Shown one piece after another: positions 1 through 10,400 of a stretch of 32,339 nucleotides of DNA. The stretch comes from a virus. Its lineage: Duplodnaviria; Caudoviricetes. The notes beneath the pieces are model-generated. The model did not search any database, was not told the DNA's origin, and saw only the letters and a list, made by a program, of their open reading frames with translations. Positions within the stretch are counted from its first letter, which is position 1. Each line of letters opens with the position of its first letter. The stretch covers positions 1 to 32,339 of the IMG/VR virus record IMGVR_UViG_3300030098_002189; one strand, 5' to 3'. The position numbers and the translations under genes were made by a program.

Positions 1-15
1 TTAAAAAAATAAATT

Positions 16-183
16 ATGAAAACAAATAAAAAATTTTATTCTTGGTATATAAATTTCTACAATCAAAATGAAATTATAATATATAAGCAAGAAGAAGAAG
101 ATCAAAACAGTTATGAATGTATTTCTCATATAATACAACAATTACTAGAAGAAAATAATCAATATACATTTCACTTAAATTAA
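16..183 (+). CDS. small hypothetical early protein (55 aa, MKTNKKFYSWY...)
   Basis: Read manually because it is below the ORF-track cutoff. ATG follows A-rich aaataaattATG; first of three tightly packed ORFs. Confidence 0.6.
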   Translation: MKTNKKFYSWYINFYNQNEIIIYKQEEEDQNSYECISHIIQQLLEENNQYTFHLN

Positions 184-200
184 CTAAAAAATAAATAATT

Positions 201-374
201 ATGACAATAAACATTAATAAAGAAATGTTAGAATATTTAATCCAACTTGTTGAGATAGACAAAGAAAAATTAAAAGAAAATATGCAATTAGATATATTAG
301 AAAATGATGAAAAGGAACTTAAAATGTTAGAAGATTTATATAAAATACTAATACTAAAAAATAAACAAAATTAA
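201..374 (+). CDS. small hypothetical early protein (57 aa, MTININKEMLEYL...)
   Basis: Read manually. A-rich start context ttaactaaaaaataaataattATG; helical, charged composition. Confidence 0.6.
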   Translation: MTININKEMLEYLIQLVEIDKEKLKENMQLDILENDEKELKMLEDLYKILILKNKQN

Positions 375-377
375 ATT

Positions 378-539
378 ATGAAACTAACAAAAAAAGATTT
401 ACTGCTTATATTAAATATATATCAAAATTATATTAATGATTTTACAAATATATCAAACAAAGATTTAAATAATATAATTAGGAGTTTTCATTATTTTAAA
501 ATAACAAAACAAGATATAAAAAATATATTTAATAAATAA
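378..539 (+). CDS. small hypothetical early protein (53 aa, MKLTKKDLLLIL...)
   Basis: Read manually. Starts 3 nt after the previous stop and is followed by a terminator. Confidence 0.55.
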   Translation: MKLTKKDLLLILNIYQNYINDFTNISNKDLNNIIRSFHYFKITKQDIKNIFNK

Positions 540-561
540 AACAAAAAAACATATTAATATT

Positions 562-590
562 AAAAGCATCTTCTTAAAGGTGCTTTTTTT
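562..590 (+). terminator. intrinsic terminator closing the small-ORF cluster
   Basis: Stem aaaagcatc/ggtgctttt with an 8-nt loop, followed by a T-run. Confidence 0.8.
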
Positions 591-1099
591 ATTGTCTAAT
601 GTATTATAATTATCTTTTAAATACTATACACTTCACACACATTTAAACACTTTTAAACTCATTATATTAATTAGCTAACTTTTATTAGAAAGTAAAAAAT
701 AATTGTTGTATAATTTGCAAAATTTTTCTTTATATGCAACAAAAAAGTAAATTTTTTTTAAAAAAATATTTTTTATTGTTAATATATTTAAAAATTGTTA
801 ACATTTTTTTGTTTTTTTTGTTAGATAGTTAAAAATAATTTTGTATTTTTGCGATTCCGTAAAAAAATATATCTCCTGTTCTTAACCCCACAAACGGACA
901 CACACAGAACTAAAGTTCAATTTTATAAATACTATGTTTTAGGGTAAAAAATGTATTGTGTTTACTTTTGTTGTATAAAGGTCACGAAGGTACTGTTTTA
1001 AAATTATAGTTTTGCATAATTTATCTACAATTGGAACATATTGTTAAAAATTAGATGTTCAATTTTATATATTTATTGTGAATATAGTTAGAATGTTTA

Positions 1100-1543
1100 T
1101 TGTATATTGGCAACATGAATGATGATAGTAAAAAATATGTTGGTAAAGAAGCTATGAAAAAAAGAGTCAAGTATGATTCTATTGGCAAGATAGACCAAAA
1201 CTACAACAAGACTCCAAAAGCACTTGAACCAAAAAATACTGAAATGAGACAAGTGGCCAGAATGACTAGAAAGTCTTTGGCATATGCTTTGGAAGGACAA
1301 CCAGTAAAAATTAAAATGGCACTTGATATATTATTTGATGAAGATCCACGTGCTTACATAGATGCTATAGCTAAACTTATGAACTATGCTATACCAAAAC
1401 TTTCTGCAACAGAAATAAAAAAAGATACTGACACCAAAATAGAAATAAATTTAAATGAAGGTGCAACTCTTGATGATATTAAAAAACAGATTAGAGGGTT
1501 GGAAGATGCAGAAGATATTGACTACACAGAATTAGATGAATAA
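1100..1543 (+). CDS. terS: probable terminase small subunit (likely ATG start at 1115)
   Basis: ~145 aa, directly upstream of and overlapping terL. Basic N-terminus and helical core. Positional call. Confidence 0.6.
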   Translation: MYIGNMNDDSKKYVGKEAMKKRVKYDSIGKIDQNYNKTPKALEPKNTEMRQVARMTRKSLAYALEGQPVKIKMALDILFDEDPRAYIDAIAKLMNYAIPKLSATEIKKDTDTKIEINLNEGATLDDIKKQIRGLEDAEDIDYTELDE

Positions 1544-2981
1544 AAAACAAGCACTAAAGTTTGCCCTAAACAAGAAACTTTGTGAGATGAGTTTCTATGA
1601 GTTTTTTAAACAAGCATGGCATGTGGTAGAACCATCTATACCACTATCTACAAATTGGCATCATAAGTATATTTGTGATTTGTTGCAAAAAGAATGTGAG
1701 AGAATAATTGCACAAAAACCAAAAACAAAAGACATAATTATTAATGTACCCTTTCGTAGCACCAAATCTCTAATAGTAACTGTAATGTTTCCAGTATGGG
1801 CGTGGATTAAATCACCAAAACTAAGATTTATAACCTCATCCTACTCTGCAACACTATCTATTGAACTTGCAACAAAATCCAGAGATATAATTTTTAGCGA
1901 TTGGTTCAAAAGAAGATGGGGAGATGTTTTTCATATTAAGAAAGATCAAAACTTAAAAGAGAGATACGAAAATAATCATATTGGAATGAGAAGGGCAACA
2001 TCTGTAGGTGGTACAGTAACTGGGCAGGGGGGTGACTTTCTTATAGTAGATGACCCTCTATCACCACAAATGGCAAACTCTGCAACAGAAAGAGATAATG
2101 CAAATGAGTGGTATAGAACAACATTTTACTCAAGATTAAATCAAGCAGATATTGGAGTGAGAATAATTATAATGCAAAGAGTACATGAAGAAGATTTAAC
2201 TGGATTCTTAATAGACAGAGAGACAAGAATAAACTACAATCATGTTTGCATACCTGCAACTAACGAATCAGAAAAAAATATCAAACCTCCACTACTAAAA
2301 AAATATTATGATAAAGAAACAGGTTTATTTTGGACAGATAGATTTAACAAAAAAGTATTAGATGATTACAAAAGTGCTTTAGGTAGTTATGGTTATGCAG
2401 GACAGTTAATGCAAACACCAACACCACTAGATTCTGGTATGATACATAAAGATTGGTTTAAGATAGATAGATTTAGAGTAGATGAAGCAACAGTAAACTT
2501 TGTTATTGATCCTGCATATACTGCAAATCAAAAAAATGACCCCTCTGCTTTACTTGCTTACACCTACAAACACAATAGGTGGCAAATAATTGATTGTATA
2601 AATGTACATAAAGAGTTTCCAGAACTTGTAAAATTTATACCACAATGGGTACAAAAAAATGGTTATACCAACAAAAGCAGAATATTTGTAGAGCCAAAAG
2701 CATCTGGTAAGTCAATAGTACAAACACTAATTAGAGAGACTGGACTAAATGTCAAAGAAGATAAGCCACCAACAAAAGATAAAGTGGCTAGAGTAGCAGA
2801 TATTAGTGCATCACTTGAAAGTGGTAGGGTAAGTTTGTTAAATGGTGATTGGAATAGAGAGTTTTTAGATCAATTGACTAAATTTCCATCTGCAAAGCAT
2901 GATGATATGGTAGATTGCTTGGTTATGGCTATAAATAAAGAAATTTGGAGTAATAATGGTAAAATTGTTTTTTTTAGTTAA
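1536..2981 (+). CDS. terL: terminase large subunit
   Basis: Walker A-like INVPFRSTKS, Walker B LIVDDP, coupling motif IIIMQR, RNase H-like nuclease residues VIDPA, VEPKASG and HDDMVD. Confidence 0.95.
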   Translation: MNKKQALKFALNKKLCEMSFYEFFKQAWHVVEPSIPLSTNWHHKYICDLLQKECERIIAQKPKTKDIIINVPFRSTKSLIVTVMFPVWAWIKSPKLRFITSSYSATLSIELATKSRDIIFSDWFKRRWGDVFHIKKDQNLKERYENNHIGMRRATSVGGTVTGQGGDFLIVDDPLSPQMANSATERDNANEWYRTTFYSRLNQADIGVRIIIMQRVHEEDLTGFLIDRETRINYNHVCIPATNESEKNIKPPLLKKYYDKETGLFWTDRFNKKVLDDYKSALGSYGYAGQLMQTPTPLDSGMIHKDWFKIDRFRVDEATVNFVIDPAYTANQKNDPSALLAYTYKHNRWQIIDCINVHKEFPELVKFIPQWVQKNGYTNKSRIFVEPKASGKSIVQTLIRETGLNVKEDKPPTKDKVARVADISASLESGRVSLLNGDWNREFLDQLTKFPSAKHDDMVDCLVMAINKEIWSNNGKIVFFS

Positions 2982-2999
2982 TTTTTTGCAGTTTATCTA

Positions 3000-3039
3000 T
3001 AAATTAGGAAAAAAATTCATACTTTGTTTACTAATTTTG
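3000..3039 (+). promoter_or_regulatory. candidate late promoter for the tail operon
   Basis: TAAATTAGG (3000-3008), 23-nt spacer, TAATTTTG (3032-3039, Bacteroidota -7 consensus TAnnTTTG). Same architecture at 15605-15644. Confidence 0.6.
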
Positions 3040-3046
3040 CTAAGTT

Positions 3047-3496
3047 TTGAAAAATTATAACAAAATAGTGAAAATGAGTGAGGTAAAATACTTAAATGAC
3101 AGGCATAAGGATGTTATCGAACATTATCTACTTAGACTTAAAAAAATTATGTATTTTGCTACAGAAAATGCAGAAAGTGGTAAATATAAAGATTTTTTAG
3201 ATATTTTAAGTGCAGTTTATGCATATTCTAACAATTTTCACTCTACAATGTTAAAAAACAAAGATGTAACTCAAGAATTTCTTTTTTTAATACCAAATAT
3301 GAGTTTTTACTCTTGTATTGGCTACTTGACTGCTTTAAAAAACAAAATTAATGCAGATGATGTAAAAAATGATTTAGAAAAAGTTACAGTAATAACAGAA
3401 GATGTTACTGGTAGTTTAGCAGATATTCTAATAGATGATTTAGAGGAAGAAGAATTAATAAAACAAATACAACAAGAACATCTAACTAAAAATTAA
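3047..3496 (+). CDS. hypothetical protein (alternative ATG start at 3074)
   Basis: Open frame filling the gap between terL and the chaperone gene. No recognised motif. Confidence 0.75.
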   Translation: MKNYNKIVKMSEVKYLNDRHKDVIEHYLLRLKKIMYFATENAESGKYKDFLDILSAVYAYSNNFHSTMLKNKDVTQEFLFLIPNMSFYSCIGYLTALKNKINADDVKNDLEKVTVITEDVTGSLADILIDDLEEEELIKQIQQEHLTKN

Positions 3497-3498
3497 TT

Positions 3499-4155
3499 AT
3501 GGTAGAAATAAAAATTCAAGACACAACTTATGAAATACCAACAGAGTGGAAGGATATAACTCTAAAATGGTGGTATGGTTTATATGCTATTATTAGCAAG
3601 TATAACGAAAAAGATGAAGAAGGTAATCCTATAGAAGTAGAACATAGTGAGGTGGAGGTTCTAAGAATGAATAGAGATATATTTTTATATCTAACTGGTA
3701 TAAACGTAAATATGTTTCAAAAATTAGACATAGAAAGCGTAACTCAAGCAGTTTCTACAGTTGGAAAGCTATTAGAAGAATATAAACCAAAAGGTATAGA
3801 TAGATTTGAGTTTGATGGTGATACTTATTTCTTTCCAAAAGAGTTTCTTAAAAAAAGCACATTTGGAGATTATATAGAATCAACACACCTTGAAAGCACA
3901 ATACAAATTATGAAGCATGGTAGATTTGATGTTTTGCCAGAACAAATGGCGATATTGTGTAGAAAGATAGATGAGGAGTATGATGATGATGCAATACCCT
4001 CCAAAACAGAGAAGTTTAAAGAACTCACAATGGATATAGTTTGGGAGTTCAGTTTTTTTTTGACTTTGCAAAGCGTAAAATTAACAAAGACTTTCCAAAC
4101 GTATTTGGTGGGGGTAACAGAGGAGGTGGAGGAAAAAACAGAGTCTCAACAGTAG
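3499..4155 (+). CDS. tail assembly chaperone (lambda gpG-like)
   Basis: Acidic ~220-aa protein (IPTEWKDITL... TFGDYIE... MAILCR) with a T9 slippery run near its 3' end overlapping a -1 frame ORF. Confidence 0.65.
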   Translation: MVEIKIQDTTYEIPTEWKDITLKWWYGLYAIISKYNEKDEEGNPIEVEHSEVEVLRMNRDIFLYLTGINVNMFQKLDIESVTQAVSTVGKLLEEYKPKGIDRFEFDGDTYFFPKEFLKKSTFGDYIESTHLESTIQIMKHGRFDVLPEQMAILCRKIDEEYDDDAIPSKTEKFKELTMDIVWEFSFFLTLQSVKLTKTFQTYLVGVTEEVEEKTESQQ

Positions 4156-4382
4156 GATTGTACAATAAATTTATAAAACCTTATGGTTGGTTAAATAGTT
4201 TGTATATGGTAGCAGAAAAAGGAGTATTTAAAAAAGATGGACATAATAATGTGGATAGCGTCAAGAAAACAGATTTGTACAAGGTATTAACTTATTTAAG
4301 TTGGATAAGTGCAAAAAATGATTATGAAATAGCTGTTCAAGAAAAAATACATAATAAAAATAACATACAACTAGGACAATAA
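4053..4382 (+). CDS. -1 frame extension of the tail chaperone (gpGT-like C-terminal part)
   Basis: ORF 4041-4382 has no good start and is in the -1 frame relative to 3499-4155. It opens just before the T TTT TTT heptamer at 4053-4059. Confidence 0.65.
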   Translation, partial: FFFDFAKRKINKDFPNVFGGGNRGGGGKNRVSTVGLYNKFIKPYGWLNSLYMVAEKGVFKKDGHNNVDSVKKTDLYKVLTYLSWISAKNDYEIAVQEKIHNKNNIQLGQ

Positions 4383-5506
4383 TGGCAATAACAAGATTAT
4401 CAGATTTAATAACAGTTTTTGAAAGCAAATGGACTTATGGTGATGTCAAGTTTGGCTATGAGTCAGATGTTAATGAGGATCATGATACTAAGTACCCATT
4501 AATGCTTATACAACCTCCTGCATCTATAATACCAGAAATATATGATGGTAGAGAGGAGTACGAGTTTGAAATAAATTTTTACAACTTATACCCACAAGCA
4601 GCACAATCAGTAGTTACCTTACAAAAAAGATGGGATAACTTGCAAGATTTAGCGATGGAGTGGTTTGATATGGTTTTAAAATTTTATCAAGATGTAACAG
4701 TAGAAGCATACTTAAATGATGAAAGTTTAGAAATAGAAAGAGTAAAAGAAGTAGCAAATGATAGGTTAGTACAAATAAAATTTGTATTTACAATGAGTGC
4801 CTTTACAAAATGTTTTAGACCAGTATCAGCTTACCCATCAGACTTTAGTGATTTAGCTTTATGGTATAAAGCTGATAGTGGTGTAGATTATGATATACCA
4901 ACAAAAAAAGTTAGTTCTTGGACAGATCAGTCTAGTAATAGTATTATTCTTACTCAAAATTTAGAAGCAAAAAAACCATTGAGGTATGGTTATGATGGTG
5001 CAAATGATAAATCATATTTACATTTTGATGGTGTAGATGATGAGTTTCGTTCTACATCTAATTTACCAATATCATCAACAGAATTTACTGCTTTTATTGT
5101 AGCTAAACAACATACAACACAAGAAGGAGCAAGAAGGGTTTTTAACTATAGCGAAACTGGTGCAGTACAAGTAACTTTTGGTTTTCTTGATGACAAACAT
5201 TATGTGGCTGTAAGTGATTTACAAGGCAATATAGTTTTTAATGCTATTGGAGTTTCTTCAAATTATGCAATAATTAGAATGGAGTTTAGAAACACAGGTC
5301 GTTTGAATGTAGGAATAAATGGAAGTACAGGAAGTGCAAGTACCTTAGCAGGGTGGAATCCAATAGCTTTTAACGAAAGTACATTTGATATATGTAGACT
5401 TGCAAAAGCAAACCTTGCAGAACTTATAATGTATAATAGAGTTTTATTTGATTCTGAATGGTCACAAGTTAATGATTATTTAAACACAAAATATAAAATA
5501 TATTAA
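4382..5506 (+). CDS. putative tail completion/terminator protein fused to a C-terminal LamG/concanavalin-A-like domain
   Basis: N-terminal ~145 aa resemble tail terminators (KYPLMLIQP... EFEINF). C-terminal LALWYKADSG, VSSWTDQS, FDGVDD and ELIMYNRVL are LamG-like motifs. Confidence 0.55.
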   Translation: MAITRLSDLITVFESKWTYGDVKFGYESDVNEDHDTKYPLMLIQPPASIIPEIYDGREEYEFEINFYNLYPQAAQSVVTLQKRWDNLQDLAMEWFDMVLKFYQDVTVEAYLNDESLEIERVKEVANDRLVQIKFVFTMSAFTKCFRPVSAYPSDFSDLALWYKADSGVDYDIPTKKVSSWTDQSSNSIILTQNLEAKKPLRYGYDGANDKSYLHFDGVDDEFRSTSNLPISSTEFTAFIVAKQHTTQEGARRVFNYSETGAVQVTFGFLDDKHYVAVSDLQGNIVFNAIGVSSNYAIIRMEFRNTGRLNVGINGSTGSASTLAGWNPIAFNESTFDICRLAKANLAELIMYNRVLFDSEWSQVNDYLNTKYKIY

Positions 5507-5509
5507 GAT

Positions 5510-7426
5510 ATGGGATATTTAAACACAGGACAGTTCAAAAAATTACAAGATATGTATATTTCTTGGTCACATTATCCAAAATTTGCTTTTAGAAATTTTA
5601 CAGGTTCTGCAGTATATAGTGCAAACTTACCTGCATTATTTGGTGTAGTTTGGTTTAAGAATGATGGTAGTGTTACAGAGGGTATTGAAGCTAGTGCAAG
5701 TAATAGTTTTATTTCTTCAGGAACTACATATGGAGATGTTGTTAATATAAATTTTTATGTTTTTGCCTCAAGATTACCTCGTTATCTAGGTAATTTAGGT
5801 TTTAATGCTAGTACAAGCAGTTTTAATTTTCCAAATTATGAGAATTGGAAACTTATTGGTAAAATAAAAAAATCAAGAGATATTTCAAATAGACATTATC
5901 AAACAGGTGAAGCACCTCAAGGTCATAGGTTTACTATAGATTATAGTGAATTAGTACAAGATCAACTTTCTTATTCTTTATGTCCAATAAATATGGGAAC
6001 ATGGAAAAGCTATAGGTATGGTGGTATGAATGGTGGTTTACAGGTTCAAGATAATGTAGCTGCAGGTAATAGTGGTAATCCTACTGCAGGTGCTTATCCA
6101 ATAAGTAACTATAACGTAACCGAAAACGGTTCTTACGTTTTTATTAGAATATCTTGTTCAGCCGACATTTTAGATGCAAATGGTTTTATACATGAAACAA
6201 CAAAGTGGAGAGTTTTTAGTAATTACAATCATTTTATAAATTCTGCACCAACAATTGGTGAAGATGGATGGTTTTATAGAGGAGGATCAAGTAACTCTTG
6301 GTTTGCAGTAGGTAGAAATCTTGTTGCTAGTAATAATGCTATTAGATTTTTGACAAACTGTCCAAATCATAGTTTTAGCTTAACAACTATACATCAAGAT
6401 AATCATGTTTTTAAAAAACCTGTAAGAACAGGTGAACTAGCAGAGTTTGTACAGTTTCACTTAGCTTATCCATATAGACATTTAAATGGAGTTAACATAG
6501 GTTATAAAACACTTAGAGTAAAAATTCAAACTTTTACAGCAGGTAATGTTTCTCAAAACGTAGTTTATTTAGATGATTTTACAGACACACTAACAGATTT
6601 TTATAGTGGTGGTACACACAACTATGGTGGTTCTTATAGAACAGATGGATTGTTTATAAATCAAATACAAAATATATCTCCTAATTATATCAATAATAAT
6701 GGTAAAAATGATAGTGGTGGTGCTTTAACAAATCAAATAAATTTTTCAACAGTATTTTATAGTTGTCACTTAGAAGGTAAAAGACCAGATGGAACTTTAG
6801 ATCAGCTTACTGATAGATACTACTATGAGATAGACAGAGAAGAAACTAATCAAGCGTATTATCTTTCAAAACCTGTAGCAAATAGAGATTATACTCCTGT
6901 AAATTATGTTAGGTTTCATTGGTTAAATAGACAAGGTGGTATAGACTCATATACAGCTAAAAGAGATGTAGTTGAGAGTTTAAGTGTTTCAAAAGATACA
7001 ATAGAAAGAAAAAAACCAAGAATGACAATGACACAAGCAAATGCTTTTCATCCATCAGGTTCTATTATACCTTATGATGACTTTATAAATAATACAATGA
7101 GAGGTGGTGATTTCTATAAAGGTGGAAGAGAAGTAATGACTGTAAATGCAGAAAGAGCAGTTAGTGTATATACAGACCCTTTACAAAAGCGTGTTGCAAA
7201 ATGGTTGGAAGAAATAATAACATCACCAAATGTTTGGGTAGAAAAAGAAACAGAAGCAGCAAGGATTAATAATAACTCATCAGATCAACAAAGACCTTCT
7301 CCTAGAGAATATATTCCAATAATAATAACAAATAGTGATATAACAACAGTAGATCAAAGTCAAGGTTTAGTAAAGTTTAATATAGAATTTGTATATTCAT
7401 TTGAACAAAATACACAAAGAAATTAA
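5510..7426 (+). CDS. tail/baseplate structural protein (638 aa)
   Basis: G/N/S/aromatic-rich. C-terminal HWLNRQGGIDSY and WLEEIITSPNVW motifs are typical of Bacteroidota phage tail proteins. Tail-module position. Confidence 0.65.
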   Translation: MGYLNTGQFKKLQDMYISWSHYPKFAFRNFTGSAVYSANLPALFGVVWFKNDGSVTEGIEASASNSFISSGTTYGDVVNINFYVFASRLPRYLGNLGFNASTSSFNFPNYENWKLIGKIKKSRDISNRHYQTGEAPQGHRFTIDYSELVQDQLSYSLCPINMGTWKSYRYGGMNGGLQVQDNVAAGNSGNPTAGAYPISNYNVTENGSYVFIRISCSADILDANGFIHETTKWRVFSNYNHFINSAPTIGEDGWFYRGGSSNSWFAVGRNLVASNNAIRFLTNCPNHSFSLTTIHQDNHVFKKPVRTGELAEFVQFHLAYPYRHLNGVNIGYKTLRVKIQTFTAGNVSQNVVYLDDFTDTLTDFYSGGTHNYGGSYRTDGLFINQIQNISPNYINNNGKNDSGGALTNQINFSTVFYSCHLEGKRPDGTLDQLTDRYYYEIDREETNQAYYLSKPVANRDYTPVNYVRFHWLNRQGGIDSYTAKRDVVESLSVSKDTIERKKPRMTMTQANAFHPSGSIIPYDDFINNTMRGGDFYKGGREVMTVNAERAVSVYTDPLQKRVAKWLEEIITSPNVWVEKETEAARINNNSSDQQRPSPREYIPIIITNSDITTVDQSQGLVKFNIEFVYSFEQNTQRN

Positions 7427-7432
7427 TTCAAT

Positions 7433-10400
7433 ATGTCAATAAAATTAGAAGTATTAGATTATAATTTAAGTGCTGCAGCAGGAACACAAATGCTTACAAA
7501 TGAGGAGTTTGCTTTTACTGGTGGAGGTTGGAATGTTGGTTACACTTCTTGTCCACCAAGTGGAGGGTGGTTTATAACTGCAAATCAAGCACACTTTTGT
7601 CCAACTTTACCATTTAATCAAAGAATATTAAGAAACACAAAAGCGAGTGGTAAATATTTCGAAGTTGGTAGAAGGTATAAACTTGAATATAAAGTTGGAT
7701 ATAACTCTGCTCCAACTTCTGGTACATCAAATTTTTTAAGATTATATCAACACTCAAACACACCTACAGCTTCAGGTGGTTTTGAAGATATAGTCTTAAA
7801 TACTGCAGCAGGAACACATACAATAGAATGGACTCAAGGTGGTAGTCATGCTTCACAGGTCGCAATTAGAATATTATGTGGTAATGGATTCAATGGTTAT
7901 TTGTCATTTGTAAAAGCGTTTCCACTTACAGAAGTTTCTTGGGATCAAAGTGTTGTAGGCGAGTTAGAGGTGGGCAACCATGTAGACTTTCCTTTATCTT
8001 TAACTTTTCAAATTTCAGATATAAAACAAATTACCTCAACAAGTGGTACTTTTAGCAAAACATTTAAAATACCTGCTACTAAGCACAATAATAAAATTTT
8101 AAAAAACTTTTATGACAGTAAATCTAATTTTGATGCTAACTTATCTACCTTAAAAAAGTGTAGAATATTAGTAAATAATTTGTACTCATTAGAAGGTCTT
8201 TTAAAAGTTACAGGTGCAGGAGGTTATGGAAGTAAAGCAGCTTTTTATGATTGTGTTTTTTTTGGTAACAATATGAGTTGGGCATCTCTCATAGAAGAAA
8301 AAAGTTTAGCAGAATTAGATTGGGGTACAGATATTGATTCTGGCACACCATTAAATTGCAAAGTATATGAAATTATAGGTAATAAAGGTTGGCTGCAAAC
8401 AGATTGTGAATCAAACGCATCACACATAACATGGCCAATAACAAGTTATGGTGATTTTAATCCAGATGGAAATACAGCTACTGTACAATTTTTGTTTACA
8501 AAAACTGAAAGATTAGCAAACACAGGTAACACATCTGCTACAGGTTTTAATGGATATTATGGTTATGATCAGTTTCAAAATCCATATGGTACACCTCTAC
8601 CTACATCAGATTGGCGACCTGCAATATGGGTGAAAAATACTATTGATAAAATATTTAACAATATTGGTTATACAATAAATTCTAATTTTATGAACACAGA
8701 TATGTTCAAGAAATTAGTATGGTTACTTCCAAATGCAAAATACAATAATCCATCAGAGAGAACAGATAGATATTCTTTTAAAGCAAGATTAGGTTCTGCA
8801 AATATTCCTTTACAAGCATCTGGCATAGCAAAAGGAACAGTACAACAAGTAAGATACCCTGCTTCTGGTACTTTTTCTGGTCAGTCTCCAACAGGTAATT
8901 TTTCAAAACTACATTGGTTTGAAATTGAAGATTCATCTACAGTAACAATAGATAATTATGGTTGTGGTGAGATAGGTAATTGTGACCCCACACATCCTAC
9001 ATTAAGCGACTGGGGTAACACAGTATATGGATATAGAAACAGTAATGGTAACTTTTATGTACCAGAATATGGTTATTACACTATCAAGTTTAAAGACATG
9101 AAGATTATAGTAAATAATTTACTATATTCTGGGGGTGGTTGCACTTTTCACTTACATGACACAAAAGTACAAATAGGTGTAATAGTGAAAACAGTAGGCG
9201 AAAGTGTTTGGTCATATCAAAGTCCACCTGCATATCAAGAACATGAATTTAGTCCTCATGAATTTGATAGAACTGCATGTACTTCAAATATACAACGTAC
9301 TACTAAAGAATTAAAAGTAGATTTTTCTGAAACAATATGGCTTAATAAAGGTGATAGAGTTTTACCTTACATAAGATTTTATCATAACAGACAACATCCT
9401 GCAGCAGCAGGTACTTTTTATGCTTATAATATGCAGTTAGATGGTAACAATGGTTCTATACAATATTTATTTAATCCAGATTATTTAGAGTGGGGTCAAA
9501 AATTTGATTTATCAAAATTAATAAATTCTGAATATAGACAAATAGATTTTATTAAAGGTATAGCACATGCTTTTAATTTAAAGATTACAACAGATGAAAC
9601 AAGTAGACAAGTTACTATGGAACCTTTTGATGACTTTTATCAATCTTTTTCAAATGCAATTGACTGGACATATAAATTAGATAGAAGTAAAACATCAGAA
9701 TATAAAGAACTAAAAACAGGTTTGAAAAGAAAGATACAATTTAATTATAAAGAAGATAATAAAGATGGTAAAGTTGCTGCTATGGGAGAACAATATTTTA
9801 ATGCTATACCAGATGTTTTTCCTTATGAAGAAAGTTTAGATACATCATTCGAGAAAGGTCTTTCAGTTTACGAAAACCCTTTCTTTTCTGGTACTGTATG
9901 TGGTTCAGATAGAGATATGGAAGGCGTAAGTAGAGGTGATGGTAGAATTATAAATTCAGCAAAAAATGCAATACTTTGGGAGTGTAACAATGATGTAAAT
10001 TTAAAAGGAAGATGTAATAAAGGTCGTGATTATAAACCACGATTGTTGTTTTGGAACAAGTATAGTCCAAATGCAACTTATGGTCAAAATCACACCAAAG
10101 GATTTATGGTTCATATGTGGGTAGGTCATGATAAACAAGTTTCTGCAAATTCATCTGGTAGCATACCAAATCCAATATTTCCTGTTTACCCTCAAGCAAC
10201 ATCTTACAATAGACTTGATCCAGATTCTCCAAACTTATGTTATGGTAACATAACTGCACAAACATATAACGATAGTAATGGTGTTGTTGGTAATCCAGTA
10301 ACTGTAAAAGGTTTATTTGAAACTTATTACAAGTATATGATTGAACAATTTAAGGTAAAACCTAGAATACAAACATCTTACTTTGATTTAAAAATATCTG

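Noticed and set aside
748-905. Possible inverted repeat with 30837-30960 flanking the early region (invertible segment)
   Set aside because: The matches are low-complexity A/T runs plus one 11/13 match, their order is inconsistent with a single inverted repeat, and no recombinase gene is visible.
907-918. GAAC-N4-GTTC resembling a Gram-positive LexA (Cheo) box
   Set aside because: Single copy, and the inferred host is Bacteroidota rather than Bacillota. More likely a chance palindrome or small hairpin.
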